Source: a virus
Taxonomy: Duplodnaviria > Heunggongvirae > Uroviricota > Caudoviricetes
Reading direction: 5' to 3' (one strand)
DNA length: 64,000 nucleotides
Virus record (IMG/VR): IMGVR_UViG_3300037400_006466
Location: 1-64,000 of that record
Shown: positions 49,297 to 58,784 of the stretch, piece by piece
Position numbering within the stretch: position 1 is the first letter of the stretch
Layout of the letters: the number at the start of each line of letters is the position of its first letter
Translations under genes and position numbers: made by a program
The notes under the pieces: model-generated
Told to the model about the DNA's origin: nothing
Seen by the model: the letters and a program-made list of their open reading frames with translations, nothing else
The model's database searches: none

Positions 49297-49860
49297 ATGA
49301 AAAAGATTCTTATCGCACTTCTATGCATATTCTGTGTTCTTCCTGTCTTTGCACTCTCCACAGAGGTTAACCTCGGTCTTGTAGGTCAGCAGAACAATAC
49401 CCTCGAATCAACTCTTGACCTTGAGTCAGAGCAGATTAAGGTGGATTTCAACCAGTTCAACTTCGGTGCTGTGGCAGATGCTAAGGTAGCTATAGCAGAT
49501 GTCAATATGACTGCCTTCTGTACAAAGGTGGATGAAATCAATGTCCTTAATGGTGTTCTTTCTGGAAATGTTGTCCTTGATATTGTCTTTGTTAGAGTAG
49601 GTCTTGGTCTCGGTGTCAATTACCTCTTTGATGCAGAGAACGGATTCAGATTCGTTGGTGGAGATTTCCTCAATGCCAATCTTTCACTTAGGGCAGAAGT
49701 GGATGTGGTTCTCGGTGACCTCAAAGTTGGTCTTTATGGAACAGTTCCTACACTCTATACACTCAGCAACATAACTTCTTTCAAGTACAGTGATGTGGAT
49801 CTGGAGAATTTCTGGAAGGCAGCAGTTGTAGGAATCTCAGTCAAGTCCAATCTTCTGTAA
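49297..49860 (+). CDS. Outer-membrane beta-barrel-like protein with signal peptide
   Basis: MKKILIALLCIFCVLPVFA; alternating strands such as VRVGLGLGVNY; TAAGGAG RBS. Confidence 0.7.
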   Translation: MKKILIALLCIFCVLPVFALSTEVNLGLVGQQNNTLESTLDLESEQIKVDFNQFNFGAVADAKVAIADVNMTAFCTKVDEINVLNGVLSGNVVLDIVFVRVGLGLGVNYLFDAENGFRFVGGDFLNANLSLRAEVDVVLGDLKVGLYGTVPTLYTLSNITSFKYSDVDLENFWKAAVVGISVKSNLL

Positions 49861-49884
49861 TCTGTAAAAGATTTTTACAAGAAG

Positions 49885-49908
49885 CCCCTCTAATCAGAGG
49901 GGTTTTTT
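49885..49908 (+). terminator. Terminator, copy 1 of a direct repeat
   Basis: CCCCTCT-aatc-AGAGGGG-TTTTTT. Confidence 0.85.
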
Positions 49909-49946
49909 ATTTATACTAATTTCTTATATTTAAAAGGGAACTATAT

Positions 49947-50378
49947 ATGAAAAAAGCCTGGAAAGAAGAAAATATGATTCTTAGAGAAAAGTCAGAAGAA
50001 TTTGAACTGGTAAGTACAGATGAAGATTGGGATGCCAATAAGTATCCAGTAAAATGGAGCACTAATCCATTATTTGAAGATTCTAATTTTGCATTATTTG
50101 AAGGAAGTAATGGAAATATTTATTACAAAGTTATTACTAAACCAGGTACAGCTGCTTTTAAATATGGAGTTCAGATACTTCTTCCAAATAGTACAAAAAA
50201 TAACAGTAATAGAATATCTGATATTCGTATTGCATGGAAAGGATATGATGGGAAATCCGGAGTATCAGATGCATTTGAATTAAGGTCTTGTATTGGAAGT
50301 GCCTTAAAATTTGCAAAAAAAGTTAAGGGTCTTGTTAGACTTCCTGTATGCGGTATAAATAATTATGATATTTTATAA
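49947..50378 (+). CDS. Putative internal head protein carrying the WK(D/E)xN tag
   Basis: MKKAWKEENMILRE; ACTAATT at 49915-49921. Confidence 0.65.
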   Translation: MKKAWKEENMILREKSEEFELVSTDEDWDANKYPVKWSTNPLFEDSNFALFEGSNGNIYYKVITKPGTAAFKYGVQILLPNSTKNNSNRISDIRIAWKGYDGKSGVSDAFELRSCIGSALKFAKKVKGLVRLPVCGINNYDIL

Positions 50379-50403
50379 TTTTTGTAATATTCTTATTTAA
50401 TAT

Positions 50404-50426
50404 CCCCTTTAATCAGAGGGGTTTTT
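50404..50426 (+). terminator. Terminator, copy 2 of the direct repeat
   Basis: CCCCTTT-aatc-AGAGGGG-TTTTT. Confidence 0.75.
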
Positions 50427-51341
50427 CTTTATATATTTTTTTAATCTTCCTAATGAGTATCCTTCTGGTTGTATTGAACTTCTTAATTCTTCAATTCCAT
50501 TATTATACCACTTAAGATTCTTTTTTAACATAGATTCTCTTTGCTTCTCTTTGGATTCCTTTAACATCGGTAGTCTTCCTTTAATAAAGCCATTAGGTAT
50601 TGGATTTCCTACTTCAATAGGTTTTTCTTCTAAGCCATTATTATACCATTCCATAGTATGAGAATTATAGAATTTTTTATTAGCTTCTGATATTTTATTT
50701 CTTGTTTCATTATTTACTTCTTTTCCAAATCTGGGATTATTTTCTTTAGACATTTTCTCTGAAAATTTTTTAAGTCTCCCTGGAACATATCCTTCAGGAC
50801 ATTTAAAAGTATTGGTTTCTATAGTCCCATTATTATACCATTTTCTTTGAGAGTTTATTTTGCTAAGTTTATCCTTTGTTTCTTTGGAAAGTTTTTTTCC
50901 TTTTGAAGCTTCGGAAATTGCTTTTTTGTGAGATTCAGTAAAAGGCCTTCCCTTTAAGCATTTACTTGTATTCTCTCCTATTTTCTTAAATCCTTCTTCT
51001 CTTAATCTTCCAAAATTCTGTAGTTCTTCTAATGTTAATTTTTCTATATCACTTAATTTATTAAAATTTCTATCACAAAAGCATCCAAATATATGAATGT
51101 ATTTATCACCTTTATCTCTGGCCAATAAATAATGTAAAAGAGTATGCTCAAAAGCAGTACATCTGACACACCTATCATCTATTGTGGGGTCTTTTCTATC
51201 TTTTTGCTGTATAGATATGGGAATTATATGATGAGCTTCATATCCTTTGGCTCTTGCTTCTGATGATGAATTATATATTTTAAATTTTTTAATAAAATCC
51301 TCATAAGTTAAGGATTCAAGGTTTATATTATTTATGTCCAT
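50409..51341 (-). CDS. Free-standing HNH homing endonuclease (NUMOD3 + three WYNNG repeats)
   Basis: EAHHIIP..DDRCVRCTAFEHTLLH; start MDINN 5 nt after ACTAATT. Confidence 0.8.
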   Translation of the reverse strand: MDINNINLESLTYEDFIKKFKIYNSSSEARAKGYEAHHIIPISIQQKDRKDPTIDDRCVRCTAFEHTLLHYLLARDKGDKYIHIFGCFCDRNFNKLSDIEKLTLEELQNFGRLREEGFKKIGENTSKCLKGRPFTESHKKAISEASKGKKLSKETKDKLSKINSQRKWYNNGTIETNTFKCPEGYVPGRLKKFSEKMSKENNPRFGKEVNNETRNKISEANKKFYNSHTMEWYNNGLEEKPIEVGNPIPNGFIKGRLPMLKESKEKQRESMLKKNLKWYNNGIEELRSSIQPEGYSLGRLKKYIKKNPSD

Positions 51342-51384
51342 ATAATAATTAGTTAAAGTTATTAGTGGAAGGAGATTGATACTA

Positions 51385-52071
51385 ATGATTAAATTAGAGA
51401 ATACATCAGTTTTAGGTTTTGAAAGTGCTTTTAGAGGAATGAGGAATCCTCTTAATTCTTGGAAAAAAAGTGATTCAGTTTTTGTACCAGAAATTAAGAT
51501 TGGTGAGAATGATATGAAATTAGCTAAGGCTCTCATCAAGGCCGGACCAGCTGACAGAAAGTTTTTGAGAATGATTCATGTTCAGGTGGATATTACATCG
51601 AGTCTATATTTTTTTAAAGAGTTTGACACCTATAAGATTTCAACTGTGGCAGATTCCTGTTCCACAATGCACAAGATTCATTCAAGGGATTTGACCATTG
51701 ATGATTTCAGTACTGAGCACTTGAATGACTTGATGAAAGGTACTCTTAAAGGAATAATTGAACTTATGAATCTTTACAGACAGAAGTTCATTGAGACAAA
51801 AGACAAGGAGAACTGGTGGCAAATCATACAGATGCTTCCATCCTCTTACAATCAGAGGAGGACTTGGGACGGAAATTATGAAACACTCATGTCAATGTAC
51901 TTTCAGAGAAGGAATCATAAGCTGGATGAATGGCACACTTTCTGTGACTGGATTCTTGAACTTCCTTATATGAGGGAGTTCATAGGTGTCCTTGATGAAA
52001 GAGTCAAGGAGATAGAGGAAGTTCCGACAGAACATATGGTGGATAATCTGATTTTGAATAATCAGATTTGA
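51385..52071 (+). CDS. ThyX-like flavin-dependent thymidylate synthase family protein (divergent motif)
   Basis: RGMRNPLNSW, KFLRMI, KEFDTYK..SCSTMH, LPSSYNQRR, NYETL, QRRNHKLDEW. Confidence 0.7.
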   Translation: MIKLENTSVLGFESAFRGMRNPLNSWKKSDSVFVPEIKIGENDMKLAKALIKAGPADRKFLRMIHVQVDITSSLYFFKEFDTYKISTVADSCSTMHKIHSRDLTIDDFSTEHLNDLMKGTLKGIIELMNLYRQKFIETKDKENWWQIIQMLPSSYNQRRTWDGNYETLMSMYFQRRNHKLDEWHTFCDWILELPYMREFIGVLDERVKEIEEVPTEHMVDNLILNNQI

Positions 52072-52163
52072 TACTAATTAAGATTGTGGAAAAGATGGGT
52101 CGGTATGACCCTGAATATATTTTATTAAAGACATGGCAGGAAGTCATGTCAAGGGAGTACAGG

Positions 52164-52592
52164 ATGTATTCAGTACCAAGCGTTTTTGGTGACAGTTTCC
52201 TTGATACGGTTTTCAAGGATTTCGACCTTATGTGGAAGAACCCAAGATTCAGTTTTGATGATTCTTTCCCACCTATCAATCTTTATGTAAATCAGGACGA
52301 TAAGGCCTGTACCTATGAGCTGGCTCTTACAGGCTACAAGAAAGATTGGCTTTCAGTAGAGCTTGACGGAAACAATCTTAAGATTTCTGCCAATGTTCCT
52401 GAGGAGAAGGAAGATTCAAAGCAGTATATCAAGAGGAGAATCAAGGCAAAGTCTTTTGAGAAGACTTACAAGATTCCTGAGGGATATGATACAGAGAAGG
52501 CTGAGGTTTCCTATGAGGATGGACTTTTGACTTTATTTGTACCAGTCAAGACCAAACCCGCTGAGACCACAAAGAAGCTTCTAATCAAGTAA
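52164..52592 (+). CDS. Hsp20 small heat-shock protein
   Basis: FPPINL..YELALTGY..SFEKTYKIP..YEDGLLTLFVP. Confidence 0.9.
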   Translation: MYSVPSVFGDSFLDTVFKDFDLMWKNPRFSFDDSFPPINLYVNQDDKACTYELALTGYKKDWLSVELDGNNLKISANVPEEKEDSKQYIKRRIKAKSFEKTYKIPEGYDTEKAEVSYEDGLLTLFVPVKTKPAETTKKLLIK

Positions 52593-52611
52593 TTCTGATT
52601 GTGGTAAAAAG

Positions 52612-52639
52612 AAACAGACCCCTGAAAAGGAGTCTGTTT
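52612..52639. terminator. Terminator between convergent genes
   Basis: AAACAGAC/GTCTGTTT stem. Confidence 0.75.
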
Positions 52640-52662
52640 TTTTTATGCTTATGATTGATTCA

Positions 52663-53202
52663 TTAAAGATACATTTCAGAGATGTGATTGAGAATCCCTT
52701 TAAGTTCATCTTTGTCCATTGAAGTTGCAATCTCATCACATAGGTCACTAGCACCTATTGCATTTTTAAGTTCTTCATAAAGGCCAGAAATTTCTTTATC
52801 CTTGAACAGCCTGTTATAGAAGTTGTTTTCTCTGATATTTTTTCTTTCTTTCTTCTCAATGAAAGTGTCGTGATATTCCTCATAAGAGGTTTCTTCTATC
52901 TCAGTAGATACAGCATCAGTTTCCTCAGCTATCTCTTCCACCCATTTTTCTATATCCTCGTTTTCATTGTCTTTGAAGCTGATACTGATATATTTGATTA
53001 CCTTGATTTTATCATCATCTATCTTACGGAGGGTAATCATCTCCTCATTGGAGATCTCCTTAAGCCAATCAAATATCTCGTCTCTCTCCTCTTTTGTATT
53101 ATAGGTGAGGATAATCTTGTAATAGACATCTGAGTAGTCAGGATACTCTTCATAGGATGCTTCATTAAGAAGCATATTATCATCTTTCCAATTCTTTTTC
53201 AT
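52663..53202 (-). CDS. Putative internal head protein carrying the WKDxN tag
   Basis: MKKNWKDDNMLLNE; coupled to neck gene stop. Confidence 0.65.
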   Translation of the reverse strand: MKKNWKDDNMLLNEASYEEYPDYSDVYYKIILTYNTKEERDEIFDWLKEISNEEMITLRKIDDDKIKVIKYISISFKDNENEDIEKWVEEIAEETDAVSTEIEETSYEEYHDTFIEKKERKNIRENNFYNRLFKDKEISGLYEELKNAIGASDLCDEIATSMDKDELKGILNHISEMYL

Positions 53203-54443
53203 TATAAGCTACCTCTCATTACTCCAGCCCACTTGACCATGGCCTTCCATTCACCTTCAATCTTTTCCTTTGTTTCCTTTGCCTCACTTAACCATTCCTT
53301 ATAGTCAACAAGTCCAGGAATATCAGATTTTGATTGTCTTCTAAGATTTCCGAAAAGTTCCTTGACACAGGCCTGTGAATAGTCAAATACTCTTGTTCTA
53401 TGCTGATGAAGAACATCGTTGAAGTTGAGTGTTTTTCTTGCAAGCCATATGTTCAGCACACCCTGTGTGTTTGACCAGACTCTTATCCATTTGTTCTTTG
53501 GGTTACTGATTGTCTTTGGTGTAGGAGAGCCCGGGTCATTTGGTTCATAAGGACCTTCAAAGTGAACCCTTCTTCCATAATTTATCAAAGCCTGAGCATT
53601 AGCCCTTGATGTAATGACATTGGTAACAGAGTTGGTTTGAGTCTTGGGTTTCTTTGAGCCTGTGTATGATCCTGACAATCCTGTATAATTGAGTCCAGAG
53701 TATAGTGACTGCTCCATTCCGTAGAAAAGAGGACTGAGCATGTTTCCGTTCATTGAACCACCATACTGCTGTAAGGAAATTCCTACTACATCATAGCATG
53801 AATCATCTGGAAATTCCACATCCATTTCCATCTGTCCAGCTTCTTCCTCAATGTGGGTTGTGGCAGGAATCCAGTGGAAATATTCTTCAAGAGCAGGCTT
53901 TATTGCAAGGTCACATATTTCATCCCTTGTGTATTCAAGCTCATCCTCTCTGATAAACGGTGAACCCAGAACGCTGATTATCCTTCTGTAATCATCCTCA
54001 TTGATGGTGACTTTATCCTGGAGATTATAATTCTTGTAAGGCTTAAAGCTATTATATCTGCTGGAGAACTCGGATGAATTGATGTATTCCTCTACAGAGG
54101 AGTATGCTCCAGGATAATTATTATTAATCCAATCTTTTACTTCATTATTGGTGAGCAATAATGTGAAATAAGGGTTCACTACATTGTATCCAAAGCTTAT
54201 TTCACCATAATTTATGTCAAATATTTTTGCAGCAGTCCAATCAATATTTTCAGTACAGGTCTGATTGCAATAAACCCAGGCGCCATTGAGTTCACTGAGA
54301 TACATATTGACATAATAAATTTGATTTTCAAGGTATATCTTTGTAGAATCAGTAATTATGTTATTACCCAGAGATTTCCAGGTCATAATCCTTTCTTCTG
54401 GATTAGCCTTGGTTCTGAGGTAGTCTTTCTTTGTCATCTTCAT
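53202..54443 (-). CDS. Neck/head-tail adaptor (T4 gp13-like)
   Basis: IISVLGSPFI..ELE..ALEEYF; KELFGNLRR..WLSEAKE. Confidence 0.7.
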   Translation of the reverse strand: MKMTKKDYLRTKANPEERIMTWKSLGNNIITDSTKIYLENQIYYVNMYLSELNGAWVYCNQTCTENIDWTAAKIFDINYGEISFGYNVVNPYFTLLLTNNEVKDWINNNYPGAYSSVEEYINSSEFSSRYNSFKPYKNYNLQDKVTINEDDYRRIISVLGSPFIREDELEYTRDEICDLAIKPALEEYFHWIPATTHIEEEAGQMEMDVEFPDDSCYDVVGISLQQYGGSMNGNMLSPLFYGMEQSLYSGLNYTGLSGSYTGSKKPKTQTNSVTNVITSRANAQALINYGRRVHFEGPYEPNDPGSPTPKTISNPKNKWIRVWSNTQGVLNIWLARKTLNFNDVLHQHRTRVFDYSQACVKELFGNLRRQSKSDIPGLVDYKEWLSEAKETKEKIEGEWKAMVKWAGVMRGSL

Positions 54444-54840
54444 TATCCTCGAAGTCTATTTCAGCTGTCACAGTGAGTTTTCCGTCACTTGTGGAGATGT
54501 CCACCTTGGTTATGTCATATTTATTGTCCTTGAGGGCATCTGTTATGGCCTTTATGTCTGTGTCTATGGCATCCCTGGGGGCATCAGCCACCTGGAAGTC
54601 ATCCACTATGTATGTTATCTCACATATCACACCCACTATCTGATTCGCTTCAAAGTTCTGACTGACGTCAATGTTGTCCTTTGTGTACTCAGCATTGGTT
54701 CCTCCCAGCATGGAGTCCAGAACTGCATCTATCTTGGGAATCAGTGTATGCCTTATGGTGTTGTTGACCTCAGGAAGAGTCTGCCTTACCAGCTTATCCC
54801 ATGAGTTGTAGTTTCCGCTGTTGAATTGTGAAGATCTCAT
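54403..54840 (-). CDS. Hypothetical late protein
   Basis: ACTAATT at 54866-54872. Confidence 0.7.
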   Translation of the reverse strand: MRSSQFNSGNYNSWDKLVRQTLPEVNNTIRHTLIPKIDAVLDSMLGGTNAEYTKDNIDVSQNFEANQIVGVICEITYIVDDFQVADAPRDAIDTDIKAITDALKDNKYDITKVDISTSDGKLTVTAEIDFEDNEDDKERLPQNQG

Positions 54841-54902
54841 ATGAATATTTTCCTTATACTATAACAATTAGTCAAATACTTGCATTATATTAAGTATATA
54901 GA

Positions 54903-55301
54903 GTGAGAAATGCAATGACAAACAATAATCTTCTGAAATTGGATGAGGACTCCAAGAATGTGGTCATGGAGATATCCGCATTGAGCGGTATCCCTCAGAA
55001 TGTGGTCAAGGAAGTCCTTGAGTATCTTTTATGCAGTTGGGCTATAAGGATAGCTGACCATCCTGAATCCTATGCCTCATTGACTGTCCCTTATATGGGT
55101 ACTGTGAATGTGAAATATGTGGAGGACAAGGTTCTCCCCAACGGTGACATATCCCCTGAGGTGGATTGCTTCGTTGACCTTGCCGCCAACTTCAAGAAGC
55201 TTGTGGGTGATGTCTATTATGAGAAGGACGTGTGCCTTGTTCCGATGCTCCAGAAAAAGATTGAGCAGGCCATTATGGTGGCATCTTCATCAATGGATTA
55301 A
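54903..55301 (+). CDS. HU/IHF-like DNA-binding protein
   Basis: EISALSGIPQNVVKEVLE..LTVPYMGTVNV. Confidence 0.55.
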   Translation: MRNAMTNNNLLKLDEDSKNVVMEISALSGIPQNVVKEVLEYLLCSWAIRIADHPESYASLTVPYMGTVNVKYVEDKVLPNGDISPEVDCFVDLAANFKKLVGDVYYEKDVCLVPMLQKKIEQAIMVASSSMD

Positions 55302-55360
55302 TATTACAACTAATTCATAACAAAGCAATAAAATCATTTTATTTTTTGGAGATAAGCTAA

Positions 55361-56428
55361 ATGGCTGAGAAAGATCCTAACAAGCTATATAACGGAATCA
55401 AGACACTTCAGGACGACCTTGAATCAATCAGAAGTCTGGTTGACGGTATAATCGAGAATTCAAAGACACTCATGAATGATGCCAACGGATTCGGTGGAGT
55501 CATTGCCAAGGTGTTCAAGGAGCAGATGGCCAAGTACTTCATTCCAGGAGTACAGAAGATTGCAGAGCCTATTGACAATCTTGTAAGCGGTGACAGAGTT
55601 CCCGGAAGTCTCAAGGACCTCACAATCTTCCTTGATTCAGTACCTCTTGCAATGATAAGGCAGGAGCCTTCCGTCACAGAGCTGGCTTCACCTGTAGTTC
55701 CCAAGAACGTGGACCTTGACACACCTGCCGGAAAGGTAGAGAGTCCTGTGGATGAGATTCCTCAGGGTCAGTCATACCAGAATGACCAGATAACAGCTTC
55801 AGCTGACGGGGAACTGGCAGAATCTAAAAAAAAAGCCGATAAGGCAGTAGGATTCAGAAAGCTCAAGGAGTTCATTGACTGGGACAATGAGGATGACCAG
55901 GAAAAGTGGAGGAACTCCCCCAAGGGTAAGGCTGAGGGTGAGTGGTTCAAGAACAGAGTCCATGGTCTGAAGAAAGGATATAATCCTTTTGAGGATGATA
56001 CCCTTGTGAATAAGCCTTGGAACGGACTCTACAATGAGATGGATGCAAAAGACCAGCTTGAGAGATTCGGCAGGGTTTATGTGAATGATGACAACAATTC
56101 AGTCCTTGACCCACTTTACACAAAGTCGCTTCTCAAGACATGGGGTGAGCCCAACAGACTTGATGATGAGAATCTCCCTCTGAGTGAATCCAAGGAAGAG
56201 GATGACGGACCTGGAATCTGGCAGATTCTTAGGACATCAGCAATAGCATCCTCCTTGGGAGAGGATGTATCCAAGGTAGAGCCACAGGTTGTCTGTGAGT
56301 TCAAGACCAAGGAAGAGGCTGAGGAAAGACTCAAGGCTCTTGAGGATACAGTTCTTCCTGAGGAGAAGGAGCTTCTTGGAACATCCTATAAGATTGAGAA
56401 GCTTCCCATAACCTTGGATGAGGAATGA
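55361..56428 (+). CDS. Late head-associated protein with L-x-E protease-like sites
   Basis: LAES, LKE, LSES; ACTAATT at 55309-55315. Confidence 0.55.
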   Translation: MAEKDPNKLYNGIKTLQDDLESIRSLVDGIIENSKTLMNDANGFGGVIAKVFKEQMAKYFIPGVQKIAEPIDNLVSGDRVPGSLKDLTIFLDSVPLAMIRQEPSVTELASPVVPKNVDLDTPAGKVESPVDEIPQGQSYQNDQITASADGELAESKKKADKAVGFRKLKEFIDWDNEDDQEKWRNSPKGKAEGEWFKNRVHGLKKGYNPFEDDTLVNKPWNGLYNEMDAKDQLERFGRVYVNDDNNSVLDPLYTKSLLKTWGEPNRLDDENLPLSESKEEDDGPGIWQILRTSAIASSLGEDVSKVEPQVVCEFKTKEEAEERLKALEDTVLPEEKELLGTSYKIEKLPITLDEE

Positions 56429-56448
56429 TATCTTCTATCCCACAAAAA

Positions 56449-56468
56449 AGACCCTCTTTTGAGGGTCT
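56449..56468. terminator. Bidirectional terminator
   Basis: AGACCCTC/GAGGGTCT flanked by A and T runs. Confidence 0.85.
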
Positions 56469-56475
56469 GTTTTTT

Positions 56476-58623
56476 TTATAAGGAGAGTCCCAATGATTCA
56501 AGGAGCTTGTTTGTCTGATCTTCTGCATTCTTCTGTTCCCCTAATGGTGTGAGGTCCTCCTTTTTAGGGCCTCCTGTCCATGTCTCCTCTGACAGAGGGA
56601 AATAGAGCCTGCACAATTCTATGCTGGCACAGACTGAATCGCTGACATCCTTGCCGAACCATCCTATCTTGGATGTATCCCATCTGTCATCTCCTGTAAG
56701 GACCTGCTCCCTTGAGTTGTCATGGTCAATCTTTGATTTTCCTTTCTCTGTCTTGGGTCTGACCACATTGAGTGACTTTATGTTGTTCTTCAGGAAGATG
56801 TTTCTTCCGCAGGCTATCCTTCCCGTATTCATGAGACTTATCATGTTCAGGTAAGGATCCATGGTCTTATCGACTGACAGCTTCTCCACCTCGAATTTCT
56901 CCCTTTGGAGATTCTGTATGGTGGTCTCGCTCTGGAACTGGTCAAAGGAGATGTGGGCGAGGTTGATATGTCCCTTTTTCTTCAAGTCCTCTATGAATAT
57001 TCTTATGGCCTCAAGATTTATATTGCTTTTCTTTGTGGGGAGTATAGGTATGCAGAAGTCCACCACATATATCAGCTCACCGGTATCCCCCAATCTTTCC
57101 ACATGACTCATTGAGATTGAGGTGACATCTGTGGCGTAGGACTGGTCAACTGACAGACATCTCGGAATCCTTGGCTTGTAATAGAACTCATACTGTCCGT
57201 TTCTGTTCTTGAAGAACATGGGGCATATCTGATTCCATATGAGGTCTCTGGGGGATGCATCCGCAGGGGCCTCTATGTTGAGATAGATGTTCTTCAGGTT
57301 GTTGTTGAACATCCTTTCAAGGGGTATATAATCATACACAAGACTTCCTGCAGTTCCAGTAGGAATACCTGCCCAGTCCTTCAGTGCCTTCTTGAGGTCA
57401 TCCTTGAACACCTGCTTCAATGAGCCTGGGACTGTGATTATCTTGTTTTTGTCAGCAGTATCTGATTCAAGGATAGGGTCATTCTTTTCAAGAATTTTTG
57501 GAGGATTACCTCTGCCACCAAGATAGACCTGGAAGGTATTTCCTGTCTCAAAGTCATTCTTGTAATCATCTGGTCTCCATTCCCATCTTGAACCTTTAAC
57601 GATGTAGTTGGTTGGGTCTTCACTTGCCTTGTTCACAATGTAATCGTCTATTGCATTGTTCAAGTCATTAGGTGATGAGTCAAGGATTGACCTTCCGTAG
57701 TAATCGACAATCTTGTTTCCTGTTTTGTAGTCAACTTGATTTGTCTCCAATCTTGAACGGACACGGGCCTTTCCGTCATTGTATATCCTCAATATATAAT
57801 CAGAGGATTTACCTGCATCTGTGAAGAAGGCCAACTCTGAATATGTTATGGACACAAGGGTCAGTCCTAACAATGCCTGAGGGCTTGATGCAGCCTTGAT
57901 GCTCAGACCTGAGTCGAACTCAAATATGGATGACTTGTCTTTTGCAGCTGATGTGTAGTAGAGCTTTGTGACAGGTTTCCCTTGCTTGAACTCATTGACA
58001 AGTTCCTGCATGGAATCTCTTCTGGTGACTCTTTCAAAGAAGGGTGAGGATTCCATTATGTTCATGAACGGACTTACAAGGACCTCATATGACTTCTTTA
58101 TGGAGTAGGAAATAAGCATTGAGGAGAAGCTTGTTGCCTTACTTAATCCAAAATACTTGTTAGGGTCATGCATCAGAGAGACACAAATATCCAGGTAAAG
58201 AGTTATGAGTGTGGAAAGGAAGCTTTTGCCCCAACCAATGTGAGGATACAGAATAAGATTTCTGTATTCTGCTGTCGGATTCATGAAATCTATGAATGTC
58301 TGTTTGACCCAAGGATACAGAGTATCAGCGGTTGGACCAAGATACTTGGCTGTGAGAAATTCTTCAGGTGTGGGTGGTTTGGCCCTATAGTTTATTTTCC
58401 AAGAATCTTGCAGTAATCCTATCTTCTGTTTTTCATCAAGGGAGTCATTGTTTGTAAGGAAATCAAGGGCTTTCTTTATGGTGTTCATGTCCAGTCCTTC
58501 TATTTCCTTAAGGGCTGAATTATCACCTTGTATCAAGTCCTTTAATATGTATTGGGTGTTGTTCAATATGTTAGGGTCAACACCGTAATCTGTTTTTTCA
58601 TCAGGTTTCTTTAATTCTGGCAT
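56476..58623 (-). CDS. terL: Terminase large subunit
   Basis: Walker A IGWGKS, Walker B YSELAF, LDSSP, SVDQS..D, SFDQFQS, KIDH..KDVSDSV. Confidence 0.9.
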   Translation of the reverse strand: MPELKKPDEKTDYGVDPNILNNTQYILKDLIQGDNSALKEIEGLDMNTIKKALDFLTNNDSLDEKQKIGLLQDSWKINYRAKPPTPEEFLTAKYLGPTADTLYPWVKQTFIDFMNPTAEYRNLILYPHIGWGKSFLSTLITLYLDICVSLMHDPNKYFGLSKATSFSSMLISYSIKKSYEVLVSPFMNIMESSPFFERVTRRDSMQELVNEFKQGKPVTKLYYTSAAKDKSSIFEFDSGLSIKAASSPQALLGLTLVSITYSELAFFTDAGKSSDYILRIYNDGKARVRSRLETNQVDYKTGNKIVDYYGRSILDSSPNDLNNAIDDYIVNKASEDPTNYIVKGSRWEWRPDDYKNDFETGNTFQVYLGGRGNPPKILEKNDPILESDTADKNKIITVPGSLKQVFKDDLKKALKDWAGIPTGTAGSLVYDYIPLERMFNNNLKNIYLNIEAPADASPRDLIWNQICPMFFKNRNGQYEFYYKPRIPRCLSVDQSYATDVTSISMSHVERLGDTGELIYVVDFCIPILPTKKSNINLEAIRIFIEDLKKKGHINLAHISFDQFQSETTIQNLQREKFEVEKLSVDKTMDPYLNMISLMNTGRIACGRNIFLKNNIKSLNVVRPKTEKGKSKIDHDNSREQVLTGDDRWDTSKIGWFGKDVSDSVCASIELCRLYFPLSEETWTGGPKKEDLTPLGEQKNAEDQTNKLLESLGLSL

Positions 58624-58784
58624 ATAATTCCTTATAATTTATAAACTAAATAGTTATATATTTGTGATTCCAACTAATTTTTACAAGAAGCTATCCACAA
58701 ATGGGAGCCTAATATCCCTAAAATAGGATAAAATGACCGTAGGCTGAGGGTTTCTTAATATATGAAAAGCTAGAGGTAAATTGA

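Noticed and set aside
51342-51539. N-terminal extension of the homing endonuclease given in the ORF track
   Set aside because: Antisense to the thyX-like gene; the start at 51341 fits the promoter spacing and the paralog
7705-58623. Introns or inteins in nrdD, primase or terL
   Set aside because: ORFs are continuous, of plausible size and lack splice motifs; the endonucleases are free-standing
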